Source: Takakia lepidozioides
Lineage: Eukaryota > Plantae > Bryophyta
Length of the DNA: 64,000 nt
Reading direction: 5' to 3'
Assembly (NCBI GenBank): GCA_030704615.1
Contig: CM060733.1
Location: 72,974,001 to 73,038,000 of the forward strand
A model generated the notes under the pieces. It saw only the letters and a program-made list of their open reading frames with translations. It had not been told where the DNA came from and did not search any database. Each line of letters begins with the position of its first letter. The stretch's first letter is position 1. Shown piece after piece: positions 23,669 through 36,860 of this stretch. Made by a program: the position numbers and the translations under genes.

Positions 23669-26600
23669 TCACTGGTCCCCTGGATCCATATTCAGAAGAG
23701 TGTGCACCTCTTGGGGGCTCAACCCTGGTGCATGTATGAAGTGATGAGTTGTGGAATTACACCGGAGTCTCTTTAGGTACACGTAGTACAGATGCTTGCA
23801 AGGGCAGTATGATGCCCCCTTGTTCGTCATGATCTGGAAGTCGGTGCAATTGCAGGTGGGTAATTCTGAAATGGTGATGGTGTACACCTCATTGCGAACA
23901 GCTGAGCCTGTCGTGGCCATCTGATACACACGCCCGAAGCCTGGTGGGGGCACTTCTGTCGAGCTCTGGATTGTACAGTTCATCCGAAGTGCATTCCCCA
24001 TCCTTGTCTCGTTCACTTTTGAGGGAGGTCGCCGCCTCTTCGGTTTCCCCCAACGGTGTGTAGGATGCTTAGAGCTGTCGGGTCCCATTGTTCTTGCTCT
24101 CATAGGGGTCGGTGGTGGAGGCTGTGGAAGCGGAAATGGTTGTCTGGGGACGTCAGTGCGCTGCACCATCCAAAATCTTGCGGCGGTAAGGGCGTCGGCC
24201 TCAACCTGACTCAGATCGCAGCCTGGTTCCACCGGCCACACCGGGGCAGCCTCTGGCATTGTTTGTATGCCGTACTTGGGCTTTCCATACACGCAAGTCA
24301 TAATGTCGTGCCTGCAGAACCAGAACTGGGTGGTTGTCGCCTCCGCAAACTTTGCATGGACAAATCTTCCTGTAAAAGTAGGAGCAGGGACAACACCATC
24401 TGGATTCCTCCTTATCATCTCTAAACAACGTTGCCGTGTATCCACTCGAATTGCGGAACACCTGCCTCGAAACGACGGCTTTGTGCGAGCAATTCTCCAC
24501 TGTGACGCAGACACAGTCGTCTCCACAATGGCTTGGCCATACTGCATAACAGCGGGCGGAATCTGGGGCAAGCGAGCGGTGGGAATTTCTCGCACGGAAT
24601 CCCCGCTTGAAGGCGATGGCGATCTGGAATTTCTTGGGCTTCCACTGCTGGAAGACACATTGTGCGGCAACATGACGGGCCCTCGAGGTGCTGTCCGAAT
24701 GTTCCTGTCGGATCTCTAGGAATCCTCTTCGCACCCGGGTTCCTCTTCAATCCCCCGCCTCACAGGGCAAGTACGGACGTCCCCCTCTAGGTGCTCACCT
24801 CTGCGGTGCAGAGGCGTCCCTTTGATCTTCTCTCGCAATGTTGTCGCCCATTTCAGTGGATTCTTCGACCTCGAAGCTGTTCGTACCAACAATTCCTCCC
24901 TGTCCGGCCCAAAGCCCCATTGTTTCCCACTCAGGAACTTGTAGTACATGGCTTGCTGCATGATTGCTCTGTCGATGTCCTCCGTTGTGGCCGTCACTAC
25001 GTCCACCAGATGTGCGGCAGAAGACGCTCGCCAGGAGGAGTGCACTGATTCTGCCATATTCGTGTTCGGCATGTCCGTGTCGGAATCCCAAGCACCGCTC
25101 CTACAAGGACACAAACAATGGTGAGGAACCAATGGAAAGGTCCGTAATAGAAAGACAATTGCACGAAAATAACAGCATCATACCTCCCGCATGTACTGTC
25201 CGAACTGTCGATACCGGAAATGCCACACCCCAACCAGCTGTGCAAGGCTCCCAGATTGGTTGTCTCCACTGCACCTGACGTGTTCCACCAAGCCTCGATG
25301 ATAGCAAACTTAACCTCCGCGTCATCAAATGTGGGTGCATCCTTCCACGCCGTACAAAGGACACGGTGTTCAGCCTGGAATGAGCTAGCAACAAATTTGG
25401 TAGTGTAGTGAGATAGACTCTGCATCCAATGGAATCCACAGGATCTCTCTTTCCCCTCCATTGGAACATTGGGGTCCTCACCGTACACACGCCGCACCGC
25501 TGCCCAGTTGGCCTGAGCGTTGTCTGCCATGAATCCCCTGAAATTGGGCTCTGGCAATCCCGCCCTTGCCATCTGCTCGTTTATGCCCTCCCACAGATGC
25601 ATCTCCGACTGTGTGTCCTCCCCTTTCATCTCGCAGATTGCAATCGTCATGAGCCTCTTGGAGTGATAGTCATAAACATGCGCACCCATAGTCACCCACT
25701 GATGGTTTGTAATTCGCTTGATGTGATCAAACATCACCCAAGCATTCGACAAGTTTCCAGTTGTCATGCGAGTGACCAAGTCGACTCCACTCCCAGGCCC
25801 ACACGTCGACATTTTGAAAATGTAACAACGATCGGATTCGCTGCCTTGCCCTGGAAACCTGCTACCTTGGATGTAGTCATATCCAGTCATTCGTTTCACC
25901 TCCAGGATTGAGTGCATGTCCGACCCCCGGCGAACTCCTGCTTGCAAGATACGATGTGATTCCGCACATTCGGACTACAAACGTGCGAGACGGACTCCAA
26001 CAGGTCAAGCATCTCCTCTTCGTTCAAGGGCACTCGGTCTGAACCATCTTCAGACATGATTTTGCCAAGAGCAATCTTGTGGGCTGCCTTCAGCTGAATC
26101 TGCTTTGGTCTGGCTCGGGGGCTCAATTTCACCTCCTCTTTTATGATGTCGTGTGCTTCCTGCACAGCCTCACGCATGTTGCCTCTCGCCAAGGGGTGGC
26201 AGTGGACCCCAACATGTATGCAAGCTCTAGTCAAGTCCGGGAGCAAATGGATAACGTAATATTGCTTGGCTCTGCACATGGACATGCACGTCGGTGGTTC
26301 TTTGCAATGTGCGCACTTGAAAGTACCTGCAGGAGCTTGGCTGGAGACAATGAATGGATGATGCGTTGTGCCAGTCCAATCCGTCTCGTTTCTCCGCCCT
26401 CCTTTGGAGAGAAAGTGGAAGCAGGCGGGATTGAGGCACCTCAGCTTCCCCGCACAGAGGACGTATCGTACACGAACACCATCAGCAATTTTCGTGCTAC
26501 TGGTCTTCGTCACACACCAGGGGTGTCCGTCATGCTTTCGATCCATGTCTGTTAACATCCCTGAGGCTTTGTTTGACGAAGTAACAGGTGGAAACTCGAA

Positions 26601-27286
26601 GATGACATTGCCATCGACTTCGGGAGGCAGATACGTTACCTTCCTGACCAGAAATTTGGCATAGTCAAGAGCAGCCAGTCGGAGCGAGAACCATCGAGGT
26701 GATGTTGCCGTAGGAGCTGCACAATGGACCGGGTTGGAGTTATGCTCGAGGGTACATGCGTAGCACCTGCAGAGACGTCCATGTCGGACTTGAACGACCG
26801 TGTGGAGGACATGGGGACCTCAATGCACTCATCTTCCTCGTCGGAAATGTCGAATACGTCCACACGAGAAGCTATGGAGGGTCTTGACGGTCCAGGTCGG
26901 GAATGATTATCGTTGCATACCTCTCTGTTGGCAGTGGCCGCCTGTCGGTTTCCGAACTCCTTTGTGGATGGTGGGGGCAGCAACTGATTCGGAAAGGGAA
27001 TGGGCATTTCCACAGCTCGGTACAGGATGGTGTCTGATGGGGGTACGTGCCATTCGATTCCGCAACCTCCGTCGTTACCTAGCACGACAATGGTTTCGTC
27101 AACCTGTCCAGGAACATCCTTCCTTTCTTCTTCCAAATAAATTGTGCCCGGTTTGACCTTGAATTTGGAACAAAGGTAAGTTTCAGTCACTTTGCAAAGT
27201 CCTCCCTCATTTGGGATCCAGGCTCTCCCAAGTTGCGGAGGACAGCAAACTATAGCGTAGGAATTCGGAGCCATCGAAGACCGCAC
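23669..27286 (-). pseudogene. MULE transposase of B (GCM-like domain, DDE, SWIM), with frameshifts
   Basis: RYVLCAGKLRCLNPAC...CAHCKEPPTC...HVGVHCHP; WVMFDH; FMADN; CGFH; TNMAESVH; CNCTDF...CKHLYYVY. One intron at ~25100-25180 is shared with A. Confidence 0.88.
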
Positions 27287-27659
27287 GAAGTTGGCAAGTG
27301 CGAGGTTCAGTATAGCGACAGACCAAGGCTCACAGACACCATGTTAGTGGATCTGCGGAGTCCATCGACGATTGGAAGTCGCACATTGAAGTGGAAAGTA
27401 TTGTTTCAAGCTACATGCATGAAGGTGGGAGGTGTGATTCCATAGCCAGTAAGTATGACAATGATGGCCAATTCGGCGACAAAATAACATCTCCTGACAG
27501 TTTCTCCTGAGGGTGGATCCAGCAGTATTCTCCGTGCAGACATGAACGTTCGCACTGACAAGTGCCAGGACTGTTAGTTAAAATGGTCAGACAACCAAGT
27601 TGTGCTCATTAAGACAGGCCGCAATTGTGTTGTTTCGGAACAATGCAACCCATTGAGGT

Positions 27660-28985
27660 TCCGCATGCGGAAATGAGGTTCCGCATTTCCGTCCGGAGTG
27701 ATACTTTCGATTGTTGTTGGACGGACATACGGCGCCGCATTTCCGTTTTACATCTTAGTCATGCACCAGTGCGGCGGAAATGCGGCACCGAGTTTCCGTC
27801 CGGGGGAAACCTTTATACTCTCCAGAACGGAAATGCGGTGCCGCATTTCCATCCAACAAGCACAGTATGTGAAGGTGGAATGGAAATGCGGTACCGCATT
27901 TCCGTTCTGATTGAGAATCATGAACCACAGGAACTGAAATGCGGCACCGCATTTCCGTCCGAGTTGCACCTTCCGACATACCAAAACGGAAATGCGGCGC
28001 CGCATTTCTGTTTTGTATTTGAGGCATGGAGCTGAGGGATAGAAATGTTGCACCACATTTCCGTCCGTTTGAGACCTTCATACTCTCCAGAACGGAAATG
28101 CGGTACCGCATTTCTGATTGAGAATTATGAACAACGAGAACTGAAATGCGGCACCGCATTTCCGTCCGAGTCGCACCTTCCGACATACCAGAACGGAAAT
28201 GCGGCGCCGCATTTCCGTTTTCTATCTCAGGCATGGAGCGGAGGGATGGAAATTTTGCACCGCATTTCCGTCCGTTTGAGACCTTCATACTCTCCAGAAC
28301 GGAAATGCGGTACCGCATTTCCGTTCTAACTGAAAATCGTGAACCATCGGAACTGAAATGCGGCACCGCATTTCCGTCCGAGTCGCACCTTCCGACATTC
28401 CAGAACGGAAATGCGGCGCCGCATTTCCGTTTTGTAAATGAGGCATGGAGCTGTGGGACGGAAATGCGGCACCGTATTTCCGTCCAGGTGAGACCTTCAT
28501 ACTTTCCCGAACGGAAATGCGGCACGCATTTCCGTTCATCAACTAAGGTATGAAGGTGGAACGGAAATGCGGTACCACATTTCCGTTCAGATTGAAAATC
28601 ATGAACCACACACGGAACTGAAATGCGGTGCCGCATTTCCGTCCGAATCGCACCTTCCGACATTCCAGAATGTAAATGCGGCGCCGCATTTCCCTTTTGT
28701 ATCTCAGGCATGGAGCTGTGGGACAGTGCCGCATTTCCATCTGTGTGAGACCTTCATACTCTCCAGACCGGAAATGCGGCACCGCATTTCCGTTCAACAA
28801 CTAAGGTTTTGAAGGTGGAATGGAAATGCGGTGCGGCATTTTCTTCCAACAAGTACGGTATGTGTAGATTCGGATGGTACTTAACGGAAATGCGGCGCCG
28901 CATTTGCATTTCACTCCAACTCATCAGACGCTGGGACGGAAATGCTATGAAATGTGAACACGTGGAGCAACGGAATTGCGGCACA
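27660..28985. repeat. Central palindrome array of B
   Basis: About 20 copies of GGAAATGCGG(CG/TG/CA)CCGCATTTCC. Perfect 28-bp AACGGAAATGCGGCGCCGCATTTCCGTT at 28192-28219. Confidence 0.92.
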
Positions 28986-30264
28986 TGTCTGCACTCTATC
29001 TGACTGAAGTGGCACGAGGCGGCGCGGCCTGACCGTTGGATAATGATGTTTGTTTTTCGAACGGCAGGCGTACCCTTAACGATTCGAATTTCGTAATGAC
29101 GCAAAGTCCACGAGGAGACACTTTCGTCCAACCCTTTCGAACCCAAGTGGTGCATCACCGCCGTTTCATCTTCTTTTGTCGTGTCTACTGAGTCACCCCT
29201 CTTGCGCCCTTTCCATCTGCACTCTTTGCCCTTTTTCCCTGTCTCTATTCTTCTTATGCTCGAACCTGAGAGGGAGGGAGTGCGTGCACCAGAGAAGAGA
29301 CATCGTCGCAAGCTCCAAAAATTGTACTTCGGACGTAGGCCAATGCCAAAGGGGAGGAAGCAAATGCGTCTACAGGAGGAGATTGCCATCTCACAGCATC
29401 AGGCCATGTAGGCAACCCAGCCACCAGTGAGAGCTCCATGCTATCGGGATTCGCCAGCTGATCGAGCACCGAAACCCCCCTCATTTTTCTTCTGCAATTC
29501 TTAGACTGTATGCTAGGAGACTTGAATGCAGAAGATGTTTGCATGCCTAACCGGAAAGGTGGACGTGCTGGAGAGGTTTACTATTTCATGAGCGCATGAG
29601 CCCATGAGCCCATGAGCCTATGAGCTCATGAGCGGACATCCGCGGAATTGGAATTTTCCTGCCTTTATTGACGGTGTTATGTCCTCTTACCTCGGTAATA
29701 GGGTCTGTTTCTCCTGGTCCAGGATGCGGAATGAGGTATTTCGGCGCCATTATTCCCAAGAGCAGTGTGCTAAAATGGTGTTTTGAAGACATCCACCGGG
29801 GTATTTCGGCACCGAAATTACCTCTTAAAATGTGATATAGTGCGGTATTTAATGGCGCAGAACGGGCTATTTGGGCGCCGAAATACCCAAGTGGAATGTG
29901 CTGAAGTGCCTTGTGCTGAAGGCTTCCATCGCGATATTTTGGTACAGTAATTCATCCGTGGAATTTTTGAGGCCCATATAACGAAGGCGCGCATTGGGCT
30001 ATTTCGGCGCCAAATTTCCCAATAGGAATGTTAGAAACGGCAGGGTTTTCATGGCTTCAAGTTCTCGGCTCGATGGTGTGCATAAATTACTTGTAGGGTT
30101 CTTCAATGAAGTTTGCGTCTCTTCTGCTTTTATTATACATTTTGGTTGGCGGAAGAAATGTAGGGAATCGGACAAGCAGTCTGAACACAATGATTTTTCA
30201 AATCGTCAATATTTTCATTAAGTGTTTCAGAACTGTACAACAAAAGGATCCAAATGAGACTTTG

Positions 30265-31490
30265 CTATGGTGAGGATCCGCTATCACTGTCCGATGCATC
30301 CCCGGCCTCATGCAAGGATGGCTGCCTTCCACCTGCCTCCGAACCTGCACTGCCGCTACCGCTGTTACTCTGAGAAGCCCTCCCCTCAAAAATACCATCC
30401 TCACCAGCCGGAACTGTCCACCTGGGTGCGGAAGTGTCCTCAACATTCCCCTCGCTCTCGGACGCGGATTCTATTACGAACTTCCCTACTCTGCCTTTCA
30501 CAATTCTATGTTTGGCCTCACGCCTCATTATAATTCTCTGCTCATTCCCGTATGTCAATTGCTCTAACCGAGTAGGCCTATCCTCCCTGCTGATGGCTTC
30601 TCTGGCAGCCGTGTCTGCATAGGCTGGTAGAAAAAAAGGCTTCTGGGGACTCGCGAGAAACGATTTTCTGGCAAAGAATGGCCGATGCGATTCTGTCTCT
30701 TCCTCTGCAACAGGGTCCGATTCGGGCAAGTCTCCCAGCTTCTCCTCGTCGGACGACTCTGCAAGGCTGAGTGTACGCACAAACATAGAATGAAGTACAT
30801 TAGAGAATTCAAACAGGGAATCATCGGCAGGTTGCATGGTCCCTACAACCGAAACCAATACACTTACTATGGTGCAACTCACTCGAAGACAGGCATTGGG
30901 GGAAGCGGCTTCGGGCGCCCCTGCATCGAACGAATTTCCTGGACTTCCTCCTCTTCATCTTCCTCCTCCCCTTCCACGTCATCTTCTGCGTTTTTGGGAT
31001 CCTCAGTCGGAGGCAAACGCTGAAGGCCCGCCAAATTGTAATCGTACAAGGCCGTATCCCCCTCAAATGAGAACACAAATCGGTTCGACATCCTTCCCGC
31101 CCACATACAGGCACCTGCAAATTCATACGACACAACCACAACCAAACTCAAGAATGAGTCGCTTCCTCGCACAAGCAAACATACACAAACGGAAATGGTG
31201 TCAATTTTGGTGCCGCATTCAATTAACGTTCTCACCTGTATTTGCAGTGATGTCGAGGACCCTGCCTTCAACATCCGTACATGTTTCCATGAGCGTCTGG
31301 GATGAATGCAGGACTCCTGGTCCTGCCATACCTCCATGGCTTGCCCGACAAATCACAAAGAATGTCCTTCTCTCCCACATGGTTGAACAGGACGTTATAC
31401 TCCAGTGGATCAACTATGGAATCAACAAGTCTTCCTGTTTCACGTAATTTGAATTTCTAATGTTTCTTCACGAAGCAAAATGCCTGAAAG
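30265..31490 (-). pseudogene. C-terminal half of the methyltransferase-like gene in C
   Basis: QTLMETCTDVEGRVLDITANTG / ACMWAGRMSNRFVFSFEGD; tail PRWTVPAGEDGIFE. No ParB or DIPD segment seen. Confidence 0.75.
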
Positions 31491-32584
31491 ATAAGAGTCT
31501 GCAGAGAAGGAAATGTCCTGGAGGTTTTGCTCCTCCGCAAGCTCCAGCAGGTTCTGATCGTCGCCAAGTCGTACCACGTTGTCGTCCTCTCCTTCTGTCA
31601 GCTCAATGGGCCGCCCTTCTGCAGATCCAACTCCCACATCTCCAGCGGCCTCCACCGCATCCGTGTTTTTTGAAATTGACTGCAAACCCAATATCTCTGC
31701 TTCCAGTCTCCCTAGGGGTTTTACTGGCGAAGCCATGGGCTCCTTCTGCTTCCTCGACTTCCGAACTCTAGGTGGGCTTTTCTGAGGCGATATCTGAGGT
31801 GTTGAATGAGGACTCGCCTGCCTCGATGCACTTCCACCTTGCGAGCGCAGCACCCGGGCAGGAGTATCCAAAGTTGACTGTGTTGCTTCGCCCCCCTGCG
31901 ATCCCTCCCCAGCTCCCATGTCAAACAAACAGGAAAACATGAGACACTGCACGCAAAAAAAAAGGTGTAAAAGGAATATTGCGTATGGAGTGCTTCACAT
32001 CCGCAAAGCACGAATCTCTCACTGGTGGGCGATCCGAGTCTCCGGATAACGAGGTCTACATTTCATGCATGAGACGGAGCTTAAGTCGTGTCGTCGGCGG
32101 CTTCCCAAAATCCCGCGTCCTCCTTCTCTTTGCCGGAGTCACCTGACCTTCCACAAACTCTATGCTACCACTATGCCGCATAAGGAGAGGAAACGCAGGA
32201 GAATGTCACTGCAGAAGGGCAAGGAGCGAGAGAGCGAAGCGGTGGAACATGCAACCACTCTACACGAGCAGATGTGTAAGCAGCCACGTCTCCCGAAGCG
32301 TTGCCACCGTCCACCACTTTCTGCCGTATGGGTGATGAAGAGATTGTGACCCCTGACACGTTCGCACGGATGAAGTCGACTGGAACACGACGCGTGCCAG
32401 TTCCAGCCACCAGTACAAGATGGTTTATCCGAATTGCGGCACCGAAATACCTTCCGTTCACCGGATGCTGTTCCCGGAGCAGCCGACATTGAATGAAATA
32501 TCCGCACATCATGAAACCCAACCGCCATGAAAATCCCCTGCCTATGACATTCAACAGTCAGGTCGGTACGTTTCATCAGCGGAC

Positions 32585-34250
32585 GGATGAATTTCGGCGC
32601 CGAAATTCATCCTATTCAAGTGCTTTCGTACACAAACTTACAAATTTCGGCGCCGCAATTCATCGCTTCCCAAGTCCTCATTCGTCATGAGCAAACCTGT
32701 CAGTGGGATATCGGAGCCGGAATTAATTCCGGAACAGTGGAAACGGCTGCACTTGGGCACATTTCATCCATATTTCGGCGCCGAAATTCATTACGAATAT
32801 CTCCGTCCACGCGTAGACGAGGTGAAATCATCCATATTTCGGCGCCGAAATTCATCCAGAGCGAAGACTAAATCGGCACCATGCTATGCTTTGCCGCCAT
32901 CATTGCCCCTGACGGATGCTGTCCATGCCTGTTGGACTTGCCATTTCTGGACATTTAACTATAATTTCGGCGCCGAAATTATACTTTATGTGCGGCAACG
33001 TCCCGTGCGAAAAAGACCACTTAATGGATACTGTCGGTTTCAAATGAAAAAAACGGCTAAAATACAATTAATTTTGACAGAATGGGTTCAATATGCCGAT
33101 TTCTCCATTAAATGCAGAATATTCCTGTTATCTTCGTCGGAACGGGGTATTTCCAACGATTTACGGAAAATTATATCATCCAGAAGCAAATAGTAAGTGT
33201 CGGGTTTGGACGAATTTCGGCGCCGAAATTCATCCGTCGCATAGAAAATGTAATATTAGAGTTACTCATTGCGGACAGTAAGGATGAATTTCGGCGCCGA
33301 AATTCATCCATTTCAAAGAAAAATAAATATTGGAGGGAGGGCATTGGATGAATTTCGGCGCCGAAATCCGGCGCTCAAACCCTGAAAAGAATTTGGAGGG
33401 ATGGAGTCGGTTGAATTTCGGCGCCGAAATTCATTGCTCGCGAAGAAAAAAAAAAAATTCGGGAGGACTTCGGATGAATTTCGGCGCCGAAATTCATTGC
33501 TCGCGAAGAAAAAAAATAAAATCGGGAGGACTTCGGATGAATTTCGGCGCCGAAATTCATTGCTGGCGAAGAAAAAAAAAATTCGGGAGGACTTCGGATG
33601 AATTTCGGCGCCGAAATTCATTGCTGGCGAAGAAAAAAAAAAATTCGGGAGGACTTCGGATGAATTTCGGCGCCGAAATTCATTGCTCGCGAGAAAAAAA
33701 TAAATTCGGGAGGACTTCGGATGAATTTCGGCGCCAAAATTCATTGCTCGCGAAGAAAAAGGAAAATTAGAAGGGAGGACTTGGATGAGATTCGGCGCCG
33801 AAGTTCATCTGTCGCAAAGAAAAAAAAAAAAAAAAAAAAAAAACTTCAGATGAATTTCGGCACCGAAATCCATCCGCAGGGCAGCAGAATTAGGGTCGGA
33901 AAAGGAGATGAAGAATGAATTTCGGCGCCGAAATACATCCATTCTGCCGATTCAGGATTACTGTCATTCGGATGTCGGCACCGATATCCGGACACGTGGT
34001 GAATCACGACTGTAATCAGGAACACATTCATCTGTATTTTGGCATCCAAATTCAACCCTCATGTGCAGAAACAATTTGATGAAGAAGATGTTCATCCGAA
34101 TTTCGGCACCGAAATCCATCCGTTGGATGCTTGGTCAGTTTCATGAGGTGAACAAATTACTATTTCTGTCGCCGGAATTCATCCCCTGGCTTCCAAAGTT
34201 GTTACATGACAGAGATGTTCATCCAGATTTCGGTGCCGAAATTCATGGGA
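32585..34250. repeat. Central palindrome array of C, with a homogeneous ~61-bp tandem block at ~33410-33800
   Basis: Perfect 28-bp GGATGAATTTCGGCGCCGAAATTCATCC at 33282-33309. Tandem unit is palindrome + A-tract + TTCGGGAGGACTTC. Confidence 0.92.
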
Positions 34251-34621
34251 AGGCCTGATTTATTGTAGCCCAAGTGGTTGTACATTACAATTCAGGCACC
34301 AAATATCCGATGTGAACTTGCTGTTGTCGTCCGTTTTTGTAACGTACGTTACATACCTTCATCTTTACGTGCACTGATCACCCATCCTGTTGGATACGGA
34401 ATCCTCCAGAAAATCATTTGTGTTATTAGGTAGGACACACTCTTCTCACTGCAGGACTTCGCTGCGGAGCGTACCGAGAGGTCCCGTCTTCAACATGGAC
34501 TCCCGTGTTTGGGTAAACGTGTACTTCCATCCTGATTCTCTGAAAGCTAAAATACGTTCCACGAAATCCAATTCCCAGTCGTCATCCTCCTCCCACGAGA
34601 AGCTCTTCGCCCCGCATACCG

Positions 34622-35041
34622 GTGGGTGACCCCGCAGCTTGGCCCACCCATCGGTGGGGGAAACTGAAAAGACGGCGGCCACCAACAAAGGCGAACGACA
34701 CCAGGATGGCCAACGCTCTTGCAATGCCCTGCATAGTGCAAGGTTGCAGGGATGTTCCTCACCCCGGGATGGGGCGCATATTTCAGTTGTCAACAGCCGG
34801 GTCTGCTGCGCGCAGTGTCGTGTATACAATCACGGTTTCACAGTACCCAGCTTGCAACTGTGAGGACTTCCTTGTTATGGAATCGAAGAATGCAGCATAC
34901 GTCCCCTGCAAACACCTTTATTACATTTTTCTGAAGCGCATGAGTTGCATATCCGCAGTGGACGTCTTCATCCATGCTCCAACACTGAGTTTCAACGAGC
35001 TGCACAAGGCCCTACGGCAGGACACTGGTCGGACTGCTTGA
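34622..35041 (+). pseudogene. SWIM-finger C-terminal transposase remnant in C
   Basis: PTHRWGK...YPACNCEDF...VPCKHLYYIF...FIHAPTLS is homologous to the ends of the A and B transposases. Confidence 0.8.
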
Positions 35042-35703
35042 CATTCCACATTCGGGAAGGAGAAAGTGGCAATTATATTACATTCATCTTCTTGCACCCT
35101 ATTTTTTTTGGAGGAATTATACACTTGGTGGTGCCGCATCGCCATGGCTACATGTGAATTTGGTGCCGCAATACATGAGAATGTGGTTTTTGGCCATGAA
35201 TGGCATGCGCATGTTTTTTTTATTTTGGTTGTCTACAAATGGATCCGAGTAAAGCATACATTGTGTGGAGATTAACGGGCATTGAGGCCTATTTCAGCGC
35301 CGTTTATGGTCTATGTACTGCATAGTGCTTCCTTGTTACTGCTCTTCATTCAATTTGTAGTGATTTCGCAGCCCATCCTGGCGTTTTCGTCCACCTCTAT
35401 GAGAAGACTCCAATTTGCTACAAATACATTGTTACTGTTCTGCAAATGTGATGTTTTACAAGATTGCTAGTTCTGTGTCCCAGTGGGAAGGGTCCTACTG
35501 CACATTCCAGCATTTGCATACTGCACTTTGTGCAAACAGCAATCCATACGACAAAGGACACGTCCCAGCATACTGGCAGTGAATTGCAAAAAACCTTAAC
35601 AGAAGATTATCCAAGCATGTATATTCCCCATATGGCACAGGGAAGCTGCTTGATTTCTGAATGAAAATGTATGTGCCATGAGTGTCGGCGAGTCGAAACA
35701 TGT

Positions 35704-36273
35704 CTACTCTAGCATGCAAGACCTATGGTCCCCTCGCCCAAGAAGAAGGAACTCTAACTGGCCTCTCAAGGACCTCCTGAGTGACCGGGTGCCTATATTT
35801 GAACAAAATGTCAGTGGTTTCTGTCGCCCGGTTGAAACTAACGAGGATGTCGTGTTTATCGATAGCGCCCCTTGGTAGAAGGACATTTTCACAGTGGGCC
35901 CTGTGTTCCCCTCCTCCTCATCCTCATAACTGAAGAGAATGTCCCCACTTTCCGAGCCAGTCCGTCCACGCGTAAAGTTTTCACCTATGCACTCATCATA
36001 CGTCCACTCGCAACAATTCCAGCGATACAGCAACGCTGTGCGTGATCTGTTCGGCTCCCACTCATGCGGAAAGTCCAGGTCCATGATGCGTAGGAACCAC
36101 CTGCTCCCCAGCCGGGGTCCAGGAGAATCGTGCAATCCTGGAAGAAACTCCATTGCTCTCAGCTGGACAAGTCGAGGATCGTCCCTATAAACATCCAGGA
36201 AAACAATGATGTCGTCTGCTTTCGGGAAAATGACTCCCGTCTGGCGTCGATAGATGTGATTCGGGCACGACAT
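35704..36273 (-). CDS. Unknown 'RWNCC' family protein, copy 1 (element C)
   Basis: Open ORF with DIIVFL, LRAMEF, WFLRIMD, RSRTALLYRWNCCEWT and GENF, homologous to 56850-57428 and 57939-58502. The C-terminus diverges. Confidence 0.7.
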   Translation of the reverse strand: MSCPNHIYRRQTGVIFPKADDIIVFLDVYRDDPRLVQLRAMEFLPGLHDSPGPRLGSRWFLRIMDLDFPHEWEPNRSRTALLYRWNCCEWTYDECIGENFTRGRTGSESGDILFSYEDEEEGNTGPTVKMSFYQGALSINTTSSLVSTGRQKPLTFCSNIGTRSLRRSLRGQLEFLLLGRGDHRSCMLE

Positions 36274-36394
36274 GGCCTCACGACATAGCACGAACTCAAA
36301 GCAGGGAGGAGATGGGCACAACAGAGAAGAGTGAAGAGCAAAATGAGAGCAAGGCCTCCCTTACCGTAAGGCGGGTATTTGCTCTCCGGAGCCC

Positions 36395-36860
36395 AATTTT
36401 GGCGCCGTTATTGGATGGAGTGCGGAAGCTTCAGCCGAGAATTTTGTTTCCGCAGGTCAATTTCGGCGCCGTTATTGGTTGCAATCCCTAGCCTTCAGCC
36501 GGGTATTTGGTTTCCGGACCCAATTTCGGCGTCGTTATCGGCTGCACTCCGGTGGCTTCAACCGAGTATTTGATTTTCGGGGCCCATTTCGGCGCCGTTA
36601 TCGCCTGCACTCCGGAGGATGCAGCCGGGTATTTGGTTGGCGGAGCCCAATTACTTTCACCGTTGTTGGCTTCACTCCCGAGCCTTCAGCCGGCTATTTC
36701 TTTTCCTGTGCCCAATTACGGCGCCGTTATACCCAACCATCATGCACTTCTGCAACAGTACTATCCACGGTTATAGGTCGCCATTGCGTTTTCGGAGTCT
36801 GCAAACCCGGATCCTAATTCCGCTTGCGTCTCTGCCTCTGGGATAATTTCGGTGCCGTTA
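36395..36860. repeat. Subterminal array of C with half-variant sites TTTCGGCGCCGTTAT
   Basis: About 62-bp periodic diverged units. Confidence 0.7.

Noticed and set aside
27625-28812. ORFs with repeated KCGTAFP / EMRRRIS peptides (also 42039-43095)
   Set aside because: Artefacts of translating the palindrome arrays.
28980-29250. Possible small third gene beside the central array (also 32065-32490 in C)
   Set aside because: No convincing similarity between the A, B and C versions by eye.
33410-33800. CRISPR-like look: palindromic ~26-bp repeat with ~35-bp spacing
   Set aside because: The intervening sequences are near-identical rather than unique spacers, no cas genes are present, and the context is eukaryotic. 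It is a tandem repeat.
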